Below, one piece after another: positions 1 to 12,444 of a DNA stretch of 64,000 nt. Origin of the DNA: Mobula hypostoma (taxonomy: Eukaryota); assembly GCF_963921235.1 (NCBI RefSeq), contig NC_086101.1:2854001-2918000 (forward strand), read 5' to 3'. The position numbers and the translations under genes are program-made. The notes under the pieces were generated by a model. That model was not told the DNA's origin. It made no database searches and saw nothing but the letters and a program-made list of their open reading frames with translations. Numbering within the stretch: the stretch's first letter is position 1; each line of letters begins with the position of its first letter.

Positions 1-298
1 GAGTACGCATCAGAATCGAAGAATAATCCACTATTTGTAGGCTGGGAATGTTGGGAGCATGGGAGCTAGGAACATTGGAACACACCCCCTCCCACACACA
101 CCCCCCGCAGTTCCCATTCTAGGAATGCTACAAAATGTGCAGCTGGCCTCTCAGTTCACAGGCTGGCGATGCCAGATATTCAGGAGCACGCCAATGTCTG
201 TAACCCCACGTTACCCGTGGCTGAGGTTAACCGCCAGGCATCAGATTGCAATCCTTGTCCTGGCCTGTCCAAAAACTGGATGAGGAGGGGTTACTCAC

Positions 299-364
299 TT
301 GAGTTCGAGCACCCAGAAGCTGCTGGAAACTCTCCACCTCCTTGCTGTCATCAGCCGCCCGCTC
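299..364 (-). CDS. VPS52: VPS52 internal exon, 66 nt: ERAADDSKEVESFQQLLGARTQ
   Basis: Within ORF 227..499. Acceptor tctccag, donor CAA|GTGAGT. Confidence 0.96.
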
Positions 365-564
365 CTGGAGACAGAAATTCCAGGATAAGGAGCAGGTATC
401 ATAGTGACTGGCATACTGACACATCCAGAGATGTACTGGATGTGGTTGTGTTACAGAAGCTGACACGCTAACCAGCTCCATTTCTTGCCCGTACTTCAAA
501 CCCCTCCCAACGCCCTCTCACACCCATCGCCCAACCTTGTCTCTTACCCCCTCTCCGTGTGACC

Positions 565-1075
565 ATAAGAGATAGGAGTATTCAGCCCATTGAGTCTGTT
601 CTGCCATTTTATCATGTCTGATTTATTATCCCTCTCAGCCCCATTCTCCTGCCTTCTCCCCATAATCTTTGACTGCTTGACTGATCAGGAACCTGTCAAC
701 CTCAGCTTTAAATACAGTCAATAACTTGGCCTCCACAGTTGTCTGTGACGATGAATTCCACAGATTCACTACCCTCTGGTTGAAGAAATTCTTCCTCTTC
801 TCTGTTCTAAATGGACGTCCCTCTAGACTGAGGCTGTGCCCTCTGGTCCTAGATTCCCCCACTACAGGAAACATCCTCTTCACATCCACTCTATCTGGAC
901 CTGTGAATATCCAACGGTTTCAATGAGACCCCCCGCTCATTTTTCTAAACTCCAGTGAATACAGGCCCAGAGCCATCAAAAGCTCCTCATACGTTAACCC
1001 TTACATTCCTGGGATCATTCTCATGCTCTCCAATGCCAGCCCATCTTTCTCGGATAAGGAGTCCAAAGGGGAGAG
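565..1075 (-). mobile_element. CR1 LINE 3' fragment
   Basis: ORF 635..889 (GESRTRGHSL...FFNQRVVNLWN) is the typical CR1 ORF2 C-terminus. Confidence 0.8.
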
Positions 1076-1087
1076 GATGGGACTCAC

Positions 1088-1195
1088 CATTAAGACGCCC
1101 AGCATCATGTCATAGTTGTTAATGAGGAAGATCAGCTGCTCCCTCCGAGACGCAAACTCCGCTGCCATCCGCAGCACAAAGTTCTCCACCTCCAC
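1088..1195 (-). CDS. VPS52: VPS52 internal exon, 108 nt: VEVENFVLRMAAEFASRREQLIFLINNYDMMLGVLM
   Basis: Within ORF 1001..1213. Acceptor gctcag, donor ATG|GTGAGT. Confidence 0.97.
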
Positions 1196-1229
1196 CTGAG
1201 CGGCCGAGGACAAACAGTGTCATTAGAGT

Positions 1230-1945
1230 CTGAATCAGAATCAGGTTTAACATCACCAGCGGTTGTCATGAAACTTGTCCTTTAGCAGCAGCAGTACAAT
1301 AACAAAAAAAAACATAATATAAGAAAAAATACATAAAAAGTAAATTAATACGTAGTGCAAAAAGACAGCAAAAACACGGGAGGTGGTGTTCATGTGTTCA
1401 TTGTCCACTCAGAAATCTGATGGTGAGGGGGAAGAAGCTGTCCTAAAATGCTGAGTGTGTGTCTTCAAGCTCCTTGATGGTAGCAATGAGAAGAGGGTAT
1501 GTCCTGGGTAATGGGAGTCTTCACTGATTGATGTCACCGTCTACTGAACATGCCCTTGGTGCCCATCAGGGAACTGGCTGAGTTTGCAACTTTTTGCAGC
1601 AGTTTCTGATCCAGTGCAGTGGCCCCTCTACACCAGACAGTGCTACAACCCGTTAGAACACTCTCCACCATACATCTGTAGACAGTTGTGAGAACATTTG
1701 GTAACATACCAATTCTTCTCAAACTCCTGATGAAATATCGCCACTGTTGTGCCTTCTTTGTAATTGCATCAATATGTTGGGCCCAGGACAGATGCTCAGA
1801 GATGTTGTCACCCAGGAACTTGAAACTGCTCACCCTCTCCACTGCCGACCCCCCGACAAGGTCCGGGGTGTGTTCCTGGACTTCCTCTTCCTGAAGTCCA
1901 CGGATTTCTTGGTGTTACTGAAGCTGAGTGTAAGGTTGTTGTTTT
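1230..1945 (-). mobile_element. Rex1/Babar-like LINE 3' fragment, degenerate
   Basis: ORF 1534..1842 ERVSSFKFLG...KKAQQ..YF.R.LRR...YRCMVESVLTGC; (GATTCT)n-like tail near 1230. Confidence 0.7.
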
Positions 1946-2337
1946 GACTGATCTATCTCACTCATTACTGCCCGTCTGTCACCCAGAAGGAGTGTGTGCG
2001 CAGGGGAGGGGGACGAGAAAGAGCCCATCATGCTGGCCAGCAAGACACTGCATAAACAGGGTGACACAGTAACGCATCGGTCAGCGTAAATATTTATTTT
2101 CTGTTCAGAGTTACAGGATGGTAACAGGACCTTCCTGCCCAACGAGCCCACGCCACCCAGTTAAACGACACTTGCAGCTCATCCTCGTACTGTGTTGGAC
2201 GTTGATGCAAACAACACATTTCACTGTATGTTCACTGCGTGAGTGGGCCAGTGAAGGAGTGGAGCTTTGAGGCTTTGACTCGAAAGGCTTCGACAAGAAG
2301 AGGCGGAGGACAAGCTAGCTCGCAGTTAGTCTTTACA

Positions 2338-3279
2338 ATGTCTCCTGAGACGGTGATGTGCCTCTCATGTGAGATGTGGCAGTCTTGGGGGAATGCCCCT
2401 CTCCTGCAGAGTCACATCTGCCAGAAGCGCATACGGCTGGGCGATCTGGAAGACTGTGTAAGGAATCTGGAGCAGCAGCTGGATGACCTTCGGCTCATAA
2501 GGGAGAATCAGGCAGTCATAGATGAGAGCTACAGGGAGGTAGTCACACCTAGGCTGTCGGAAGCAGGTCGTTGGGTGACAGTCAGAGGGGGGAAAGCGAA
2601 GGTGAGCAGACAGGTAGTGCAGAGCACCCCTGTAGCCATTCCCATGAATAATAAGTTTACCTTCCTGGATACTGTTGGCGGGGACGACCGACCAGGTGTG
2701 AGCCACGGTGGCAGGGCCTCCGGCACTGAGTCTGACCCTGTGGTGCAGAAGGGTGGGACGGAGAAGAGGAGAGCTGTCGTCATTGGAGACTCTATAGTCA
2801 GGGGAGCAGACAGGAGATTTTGTGGACGTGAGAAGGACACCCACATGGTTTGTTGCCTCCCGGGTGCCAGGGTCCGGGATGTCTCTGACCGGGTGCACGG
2901 CATCCTGGTACGAGAGGGAAAGCAACCAGAAGTCGTGATTCATGTTGGTACAAACGACATAGGCAGGAAGAGGGATGAAGTCCTGAAGTCTGAGTTTCAG
3001 GAATTAGGCAGAAGGCTGAAGAACAGGACCTCAAGGGTGACGTTCTTAGGATTGCTGCCAGTGCTACGTAACAGTGATGGTAAGGATTGGAGGAGATGGC
3101 AGTTGAATGCGTGGCTGAGGAGTTGGTGCAGGGAGCAGGGTTTTAGATTTTTTGATCATTGGGATCTCTTCTGGGGAAGGTGGCACCTGTACAGATTGGA
3201 TGGGTTGCACCTGAACTAGAGGGGGAGCAATATCCTTGCAGGTAGGTTTGCTAGCATGGTTCGGGAGGGTTTAAACTAA
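2338..3279 (+). pseudogene. CR1 ORF1: Cys-rich and coiled-coil N-terminus plus SGNH/GDSL esterase domain; premature TAG at 3217-3219
   Basis: CLSC..HIC, a leucine-zipper-like segment, and VVIGDSIVR, HVGTNDI, DGLHLN motifs. Copy B reads through the stop position. Confidence 0.88.
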
Positions 3280-3314
3280 TTTGCGAGGGGGATGGGACCC
3301 AGAGCGATAGAGCA

Positions 3315-6140
3315 GTGAAAGAAGTGCATGGAGTAAAGCCAGATCTAACATACAGAGAGGCTTTGAGGAAAGAGAAGCAGAATAAACAGTGTAAAGACAG
3401 TAACGTAGAAGGGCTGAAATGTGTGTACCTCAATGCAAGAAGCATCAGGAACAAAGGTGATGAACTGAGAGCTTGGATACATACATGGAATTATGATGTA
3501 GTGGCCATTACAGAGACTTGGCTGGCACCAGGGCAGGAATGGATTCTCAATATTCCTGGATTTCAGTGCTTTAAAAGGGATACAGAGGGTGGAAAAAGGG
3601 AAGGAGGGATGGCATTACTGGTCAGGGATACTATTACAGCTACAGAAAGGGTGGGTAATGTAGCAGGATCCTCTTTTGAGTCAGTATGGGTGGAAGTCAG
3701 GAACAGGAAGGGAGCAGTTACTCTACTGGGGGTATTCTATAGGCCCCCTGGTAGCAGCAGAGATACAGAGGAGCAGATTGGGAGGCAGATTTTGGAAAGG
3801 TGCAAAAATAACAGGGTTGTTATCATGTGTGACTTTAACTTTCCTAATATTGATTGGCACCTGATTAGTTCCAAGGGTTTAGATGGGGCAGAGTTTGTTA
3901 AGTGTGTCCAGGATGGATTCCTGTCACAGTATGTGGACAGGCCGACTAAGGGGAATGCCATACTAGATCTAGTACTAGGTAATGAACCGGGTCAGGTCAC
4001 AGATCTCTCAGTGGGTGAGCATCTGGGGGACAGTGACCACCGCTCCCTGGCCTTTAGCATTATCATGGAAAAGGATAGAATCAAAGAGGACAGGAAAATT
4101 TTTAATTGGGGAAAGGCAAATTATGAGGCTATAAGGCTAGAACTTGCGGGTGTGAATTGGGATGATGTGTTTGCAGGGTAATGTACTATGGACATGTGGT
4201 CGATGTTTAGAGATCTCTTGCGGGATGTTAGGGATAAATTTGTCCCGGTGAGGAAGATAAAGAATGGTAGGGTTAAGGAACCGTGGGTGACAAGTGAGGT
4301 GGAAAATCTAGTCAGGAGGAAGAAGGCAGCATACATGAGGTTTAGGAAGCACGGATCAGATGGGTCTATTGAGGAATATAGGAAGCAAGAAAGGAGCTTA
4401 AGAAGGGACTGAGAAGAGCAAGAAGGAGGCATGAAAAGGCCTTGGCGAGTAGGGTAAAGGAAAACCACAAGGCATTCTTCAATTATGTGAAGAAAAAAAG
4501 GATGACAGGAGTGAAGGTAGGACCGATTAGAGATAAAGGTGGGAAGATGTGCCTGGAGGCTGTGGAAGTGAGCGTGGTCCTCAATGAATACTTCTCTTCG
4601 GTATTCACCAATGAGAGGGAACTTGATGATGGTGAGGACAATATGAGTGAGGTTGATGTTCTGGAGCATGCTGATATTAAGGGAGAGGAGGTGTTGGAGT
4701 TGTTAAAATACATTAGGACAGATAAGTCCACGGGGCCAGACGGAATATTCCCCAGGCTGCTCCACGAGGCGAGAGAAGAGATTGCTGAGCCTCTGGCTAG
4801 GATCTTTATGTCCTCGTTGTCCACGGGAATGGTACCGGAGGATTGGAGGGAGGCGAATGTTGTTCCCTTGTTCAAAAAAGGTAGTAGGGATAGTCGGGTA
4901 ATTATAGACCAGTGAGCCTTACGTCTGTGGTGGGAAAGCTGTTGGAAAAGATTCTTAGAGATAGGATCTATAGGCATTTAGAGAATCATGGTCTGATCAG
5001 GGACAGTCAGCATGGCTTTGTGAAGGGCAGATCGTGTCTAACAAGCCTGATAAGAGTTCTTTGAGAGGGTGACCAGGCATATAGATGAGGGTAGTGCAGT
5101 GGATGTGATCTATATGGATTTTAGTAAGGCATTTGACAAGGTACCACACGGTAGGCTTATTCAGAAAGTTAGAAGGCATGGGATCCAGGGAAGTTCGGCC
5201 AGGCGGATTCAGAATTGGCTTGCCTGCAGAAGGCAGAGGCTGGTGGTAGAGGGAGTACATTCAAATTGGAGGAATGTGACTAGTGGTGTCCCACAAGGAT
5301 CTGCTCTGGGACCTCTACTTTTCGTGATTTATATTAACGACCTGGATGTCGGGGTAGAAGGGTGGGTTGGCAAGTTTGCAGACGACACAAAGGTTGGTGG
5401 TGTTGTAGCTAGTGTAGAGGATTGTCAAAGATTGCAGACAGACATTGATAGGATGCAGAAGTGGGCTGAGAAGTGGCAGATGGAGTTCAACCCGGAGAAG
5501 TGTGAGGTGGTACACTTTGGAAGGACAAACTCCAAGGCAGAGTACAAAGTAAATGGCAGTATACTTGGTAGTGTGGAGGAGCAGAGGGATCTCGGGATAC
5601 ATGTCCACAGATCCCTGAAAGTTGCCTCACAGGTGGATAGGGTAGTTAAGAAAGTTTATGGGGTGTTAGCTTTCATAAGTCGAGGGATAGAGCTTGAGAG
5701 TCGCGATGTAATGATGCAGCTCTATAAAACTCTGGTTAGGCCACACTTGGAGTATTGTGTCCAGTTCTGGTCACCTCACTATAGGAAGGATGTGGAAGCT
5801 TTGGAAAGGGTACAGAGGAGATTTACCAGGATGCTGCCTGGTTTAGAGAGTATGCATTATGATCAGAGATTAAGGGAGCTAGGGCTTTACTCTTTGGAGA
5901 GAAGGAGGACGAGAGGAGACATGATAGAGGTGTACAAGATAATAAGAGGAATAGATAGAGTGGATAGCCAGTGCCTCTTCCCCAGGGCACCACTGCTCAA
6001 TACAAGAGGACATGGCTTTAAGGTAAGGGGGTGGGAAGTTCAAGGGGGATATTAGAGGAAGGTTTTTTACTCAGAGAGTGGTTGGTACGTGGAATGCACT
6101 GCCTGAGTCAGTGGTGGAGGCAGATACACTAGTGAAGTTT
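3315..6140 (+). pseudogene. CR1 ORF2 (AP endonuclease + reverse transcriptase), disrupted by a stop and frameshifts
   Basis: YLNARSI, ITETW, DFNFP, SDH (endonuclease); DFSKAFD, SGVPQGS, FADDTK (RT), spread over ORFs starting at 3315, 4188, 4442 and 5069. Confidence 0.92.
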
Positions 6141-6369
6141 TTTTTTGTTTTTTTTTTGTTTTTATTTTTTTTATTTTCAAAAAGAATACATGAAAAGATA
6201 AAATCTACCCCCCCTCCCCCCCCATATATAGTCCTACCTAAAAGAAAGAAAGAAAAAAAAAGAGCCGCCTGGGTATTGGAAGGTTTCCACATGCTCCATG
6301 GGATTCAAAATGAATTTTGTATAATTATTCGTTACTTTCCCCAAGTAACCAAATTCTTTGTCGGAGCAC

Positions 6370-9300
6370 TTAAATATGCCATCCTATCTTTTGTAAATAA
6401 GGGCGCCAAATATTCAAGAATGTTACATAATTATCTCTTAAATTATAAGTACTTTTTTCAAGTGGAATAGAACTAACCATTTCATTATTCCAACGATCCA
6501 TACTTAAATACGAATCAGATTTCCAAGTAACTGCTATAGACTTCTTAGCTACTGCCAATGCAATTTTTATAAATTCTTTCTGATATTTATTCAATTTAAG
6601 TTTCAGTTTTATCCCTTCGATATCACCTAATAGAAATAATACAGGGTTATGTGGAAGTTGAATTCCAGTAATTTGTTCCAATAACATTCTTAAATTTATC
6701 CAAAAGGGTTGAATTTTAAAACAAGACCAAGTAGAATGTAAAAAAGTACCAATTTCTTGATTACACCGAAAACATTTATCAGATAGATTTGAATTTAATC
6801 TATTTATTTTTTGTGGTGTAATATATAATTGGTGTAAAAAATTATATTGTACTAATCTAAGTCGAACATTTATTGTATTTGTCATACTGTCCAGACAAAG
6901 TCTTGACCAATTTATTTCATCAATATTAATATTCAGATCTGTTTCCCATTTTTGCTTTGACTTATGGGTTCCTTGTTTAATTGTCTGTTCTTGAATCAAA
7001 TTATACATACAAGAAACAAATTTTTTAATTTTTCCTTTTTGAATTAAAATTTCAATTTCGTTAGGTTTTGGCAAAAACATTGTTTGACCCAGCTTACCTA
7101 TTAAGTAAGCCCTTAACTGAAAGTAACAAAAGAAAGTATTATTAGATATTTTATATTTATCCTTTAATTGTTCAAATGACATCAATATACCTCGCTCAAA
7201 ACAATCTCCTATAAATTTAATCCCTTTTTGGTACCAATTATATAAAAGTTGATTGTCCATTGTAAAAGTCTGTTTTGAAACAAAGGTCTCCTTGCTAATA
7301 GAGATTTCTGTGTTTCCTTATCAACATTTATCTTATTCCATAGATCAATCAAGTGTGTTAATATAGGAGATTCTTTCTTTTCCCGTATCCATTTAGATTC
7401 CCATTTATATATAAAATCTTCAGGTTTATTTTCTCCTATCTTGTCTAATTCTATTTTAATCCATGCTGGTTTTTGATCATCGAAAAAAGATGCAATAAAT
7501 CTAAGTTGATTTGCTTTATAGTAATTTTTAAAGTTTGGAAGTTGTAACCCTCCTAACCTAAATTTACATGTCAGTTTTTCCAATGATATTCTTGACATTT
7601 TACCTTTCCAAAGAAATTTTCTCACAGATTTATTTAACTCTTGAAAAAATTTCTGTGGCAATTGTATCGGTAATGTTTGAAACAAATACTGTAATCTAGG
7701 AAATGTATTCATTTTTACAACATTGACTCTACCTACTAATGTTATTGGTAGTATCATCCATTTGTCAAGATCTTCTTGAATTTTTTTCAATAGTGGTAAA
7801 TAATTAAATTTATATAAATTCTTTACATCACTATCAAGTCTTATACCTAAATACTTTATACCATTTACCAGCCATCTAAATTGGGTTACTAATTGACATT
7901 GACTATAGTCTCCTTTAGTAAGAGATAAAATTTCACTTTTATCCCAGTTTATTTTGTAACCTGATACCTTCCCATATTCATCCAATCTAGAAGATAATTT
8001 ATGTAATGAATGTTGTGGGTTTGTTAAATAGATCAAAACATCATCGGCAAAAAGATTAATTTTATATTCCTCTTGGTTAACTCTAAAACCCATAATATCT
8101 GGATCCAATCTAATTAGTTCTGCTAATGGCTCTATTGCCAATACAAATAGAGCAGGTGATAATGGACAACCTTGTCTAGTTGACCTTTTTAGCTGGAATG
8201 GTGTTGAAATTTGAGAGTTTGTCACTACTTTAGCTTTAGGGTTAGAATTTAAAGTTTTAATCCAATTTATAAAAGACGTTCCTAACCCATATTTTTCTAA
8301 TACTTTAAATAAAAAATCCCATTCTAATCTATCAAATGCTTTTTCTGCATCCAAAGCTACTACTATACTCTTCTCATCCCTTTTTTGTGCCAAATGAATT
8401 ATACTGAGTAGCCGAGTTACATTATCTGCCAATTGTCTATTTTTAATAAATCCTGTTTGATCCATATGTATTAATTTTGGTAAATATTTAGATAATCTAT
8501 TCGATAAAATTTTTGCTATTATTTTATAATCCGTATTCAATAAAGAAATAGGCCTGTATGATGTTGGTTTCATAGGATCTCTGTCCTTTTTTGGCAATAC
8601 TATTACAATCGCTGTTGAAAAAGATTCTGGAAGTTTATGTATTTTTTCTGCTTGACGTATTAGTTCCATAAAAAGAGGAAATAATAAATCTTTAAATTTT
8701 TTATAAAATTCAGGTGGAAAACCATCTTCTCCTGGAGATTTATTACTTTGAAGTGATCCTAAAGCTTCTTCAACTTCTTTTAATGTAAAAGGCATATCTA
8801 ATCCCTCCTGTTCTTCCAAATTCAATTTTGGAAGAGAAACTTGTGATAAAAACCTTTCTATCTCATTAACATCGTTTTGGGATTCTGATTGATATAATTC
8901 AGAATAAAAATTTTTAAAGGTTTCATTTATTTCAAGAGGTTTATAAGATATTTTATTTGCCCTTGTTCTAATTGCATTTATTGTTTTGGAAGCTTGTTCT
9001 GTTTTCAACTGCCAGGCAAGAATTTTATGTGCTCTCTCACCTAACTCATAATACCTTTGTTTAGATCTTATAATTGCTTTTTCCGTTCTATATGTCTGAA
9101 GCGTATTATATTGTAACTTCTTATTGACAAGTTGTCTTCGTTTTTCTTCTGACATATATCTTTGTGATTCTTTTTCTATTCTTGTAATCTCTTTTTCCAA
9201 TTGATCTAGTTCTGCCATATATTCTTTCTTAATTTTAGACGTATAACTTATTATCTGTCCCCTAAGATATGCTTTCATCGCATCCCATAATATAAATTTA

Positions 9301-10139
9301 TCCTCCACTGAATGAAAATTTGTATCCAAAAAAAATTGAATCTGCTTTTTCATAAAATCACAAAAATCTTGACGTTTTAATAATGTTGAATTAAATCTCC
9401 ATCTATAAGCCACTTCTTCCTTATCAGCCATTATTATTGTCATTAATAAAGGCAAATGATCTGATAATATTCTTGCTTTATATTCCATATTTTTCACTCT
9501 GTGTTGAATATGCATTGATAATAGAAAAAAATCTATCCTTGAATAAGTTTTATGTCTATAGGAATAGAACGAATAGTCTCTTTCTTTAGGATTGATTCTT
9601 CTCCATATATCAATCAAATTTAAATCTTTCATCAATGATAAAGTTAGATTTACTACCTTCGATTTTACAACAGCCTTGGTTGATCTATCCAAGACTGGGT
9701 CTAAGCAAAAATTAAAGTCTCCTCCAATTAATATTTTTTCATGTGCATCCGCCAAATTCAAAAAAGTTTCTTGTATGAATTTTGCATCATTTTCATTTGG
9801 TGCATAAATATTCATAAAAGTCCATAGTTCGGAAAAAAGTTGACAATGTATAATCACATATCTCCCCGCAGAATCAGTTATTACATTTTGTATTCTAATT
9901 GGTAACGTTTTATTGATCAAAATTGCTACTCCCCTCGCTTTTGAATTAAATGAGGCCGTAACAACATTACCCACCCAATCTTTCTTTAGTTTCTGATGTT
10001 CTGTTTCTGTTAGGTGTGTTTCCTGTAAAAAAGCTAAATCTATCTTCATTTTTTTAATATATGTTAAGATTCTTTTTCTTTTCACTGGTCCATTAAGCCC
10101 ATTAACATTAAAACTCAAAAAATTCAATAAATTAGTCAT
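6370..10139 (-). pseudogene. L1 ORF2p (APE + RT + CCHC knuckle), one frameshift near 7260
   Basis: SFNVNGL, LQETH, GGDFN, SRIDFF, SDH; LDAEKAFD, RQGCPLSP, LFADD; CFRC..H..WSC in ORF 6370..7260. Confidence 0.93.
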
Positions 10140-10601
10140 TATTCTTAACAAAGTTACTCCAATCTAAAACATTACTTATCTTCTCAACTCTCATAGTTCC
10201 TTGGGGAATCTCTTTAAACTTCACCATGATGCTATGTGTTCCCCCCCCAACCTTCCAGGCAAAAAGAGAAAAAAAAGATAGAAAAAAAAAAGAAAAAACA
10301 AAATACCCCCCCACTAATGTTGTGAATGAAAAGATACACAACACTACCCCCCTCCATTTTACGGGTCGCGGCAAAAGCCACGCTTGCACACATGATTAAC
10401 GTAGCAATCGATCAGTGCTTCTTCCAGCTCCCCCGCAACAAAAAAAGTTATATATATATAAACAAAATTAGTATTATTATTCCCAGCTAATTTCCTCCAG
10501 TGTTAACCTTTCTTACCCCCCTCATATAATTAATACTATATTTATACATTCATCCAGCTTCAAAAATCCAACAAATCCATTCTTAAGCCCAATCTTCATC
10601 T

Positions 10602-11706
10602 TCAATCTATCTCGCTCTCCTGAGTTTGTTCTTGTATCTGGTGAATATTCAGAGAATCTTGCACAAACTGCTCTGCTTTCTGGTAGTCATCAAAAAATCT
10701 TTTTTCTCCACCAGACAAAAAAATCTTCAAAGTTGCAGGATAACGCAGTATAAATTGATAACCATGCTCCCATAGGGTTTTTTCCACTGGATTAAACTTC
10801 TTCCTTTTCTTCAAAAGTTCGTAACTTATATCAGGGTAGAAAAAAACTCTTTTCCCTTTAATTATCAATGGCCCTTTTCTATCTTTGGCAGCTCGAACAG
10901 CTGCCTGAAGAATCCTTTCCTTGTCTTGAAATCTTAAGAATTTTATTAAAATCGATCGTGGATATTGGTCATCTTTTGGTTTTGGTCTTAACGCTCTATG
11001 TGCCTGCTCAATTTCAATTGATCGAGCCTCCTCTCCCATTTGCAAAACCTCCGGGATCCATCTTTGAAAAAATTCTATTGGCTTTTCTCCTTCCATACCT
11101 TCTGTAAGACCAACAATTTTAATATTATTACGTCTACTGAAATTTTCCAACATGTCCACTTTCTCCAAGAGTCGGTTTCTTTCCGAGTTCCAGACAAGCA
11201 AATCATTTTCTGTTTTTTTCACTCTATCATTCATAAGCCCCATTTCTCTTTCCATCTTCTGAAGCTTCTTTTCCATTTTGTCCTGTCTTTCCATAACTTT
11301 ATTATAGCATCTCTTCGTATCTCTTAGCTCCTCTCTTACTTTCCTTAATTCAGCCGTTGATTGCAATACAGCCTCTCTTATGTCTCTATCATCTCCTTTA
11401 CTTCCACTCGCTTCCAATTTCTTCCTCCTCTTCTTCATCTGTGTTCTCTGCAGAATCCAGTTCTGACTCTGAGTCACTTTCAATTGCAGTGGGTGTCGGT
11501 TCTTGTAGTTTGCGTTGTGTCGATTTGCGCATGCGCAATTCCGTTGTCTTCTTCGGAGCAACCGTTGCCACCGCCGTTGCTCCCTGTTCTACCGAAGGAG
11601 ATCCAACCTGAGTCCGAGGCTCCATCGTTGCAGTAGGCCCTTTTTTCTTCCCGTCTTGCGGCTGCTTCGCAACAGCAGACTTCTTTTGTTGCGGTTTAGG
11701 AGGCAT
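10602..11706 (-). pseudogene. L1 ORF1p (coiled coil + RRM/transposase-22 type), one frameshift near 11400-11450
   Basis: MPPKPQQKK start at 11706; LENFSRRNNIKIVG, AHRAL, FFYPDIS and LRYPATL motifs in ORF 10602..11561. Confidence 0.88.
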
Positions 11707-12444
11707 ATCGTAAAGTAATCTTACAAAGTTTATAAATAGTTTTCAAAAAATATTTACCAACTTTGTTTTACTTAAACGGTACTTTACTGATTTGTTGCAG
11801 GAGAGCTGAATTTACACGTCTCAATCCCACGTCATCACGTGACGCCCCCCTAGTGAAGTTTAAGAGACTACTAGACAGGTATATGGAGGAATCTAAGGTG
11901 GGGGCTTATATGGGAGGCAGGGTTTGAGGGTCGGCACATCATTGTGGGCCGAAGGGCCTGTACTGTGCTGTACTATTCTATGTTCTATGTTCTATATGTT
12001 TTGATGTGTGTGTGACGCAAGACTAATCCCTTTAAAAGAACCAGAACAGCCGGCCAGGAGCTACAGGGAGAAACCCACATTTTCATTGCTCTGTGCGGCC
12101 CAGGCACTGCCCCAGATAAGCAGACTCACCACTGAGCCACACCACACAACCTTGCCCCGGATCCCTGGCTCAATCCCGTTGGTCAGGCTGCTGCGGGAGG
12201 AGGACCCCACTCATGCATGACGATGAGTGTAGGCTGAACATCGAAAAGGCCACTGGCACAGAAACCACACATGGCTGGCATTGGAGAGAGTTCAGGGGAG
12301 GTTCATGAGAATGATTCTGGGAGTGAAAGGGTTAACCCATGATGGCCCTGGGCCTGTACTCACTGCAGTTTCGAAGAATGAGGGCGAATCTCACCGAAAC
12401 CTATCGAATACAGAAAGGCCTTCATAGAGTGGTTCCATTAGACA

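Larger units (their letters stand above)
6141..11849 (-). mobile_element. Full-length L1-clade LINE with poly(A) tail and 11-12 bp target-site duplication
   Basis: TSD (c)tagtgaagttt at 6129-6140 and 11850-11861. Poly(T) on + at about 6141-6175. 5' end GGGGGCG. Two ORFs; AT-rich. Confidence 0.95.
2233..11994 (+). mobile_element. Near full-length CR1 LINE (copy A), interrupted by an L1 at 6141-11849
   Basis: ORF1 followed by an APE+RT ORF2. The 3' end resumes at 11862 and ends in a (TTCTATG)n tail. Flanked by tatgtt at 2227-2232 and 11995-12000. Confidence 0.92.

Noticed and set aside
2239..3219. SGNH esterase ORF as a host or horizontally acquired enzyme gene
   Set aside because: Esterase domains are an established part of CR1 ORF1. 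It sits directly before a CR1 ORF2 and recurs in the other CR1 copies.
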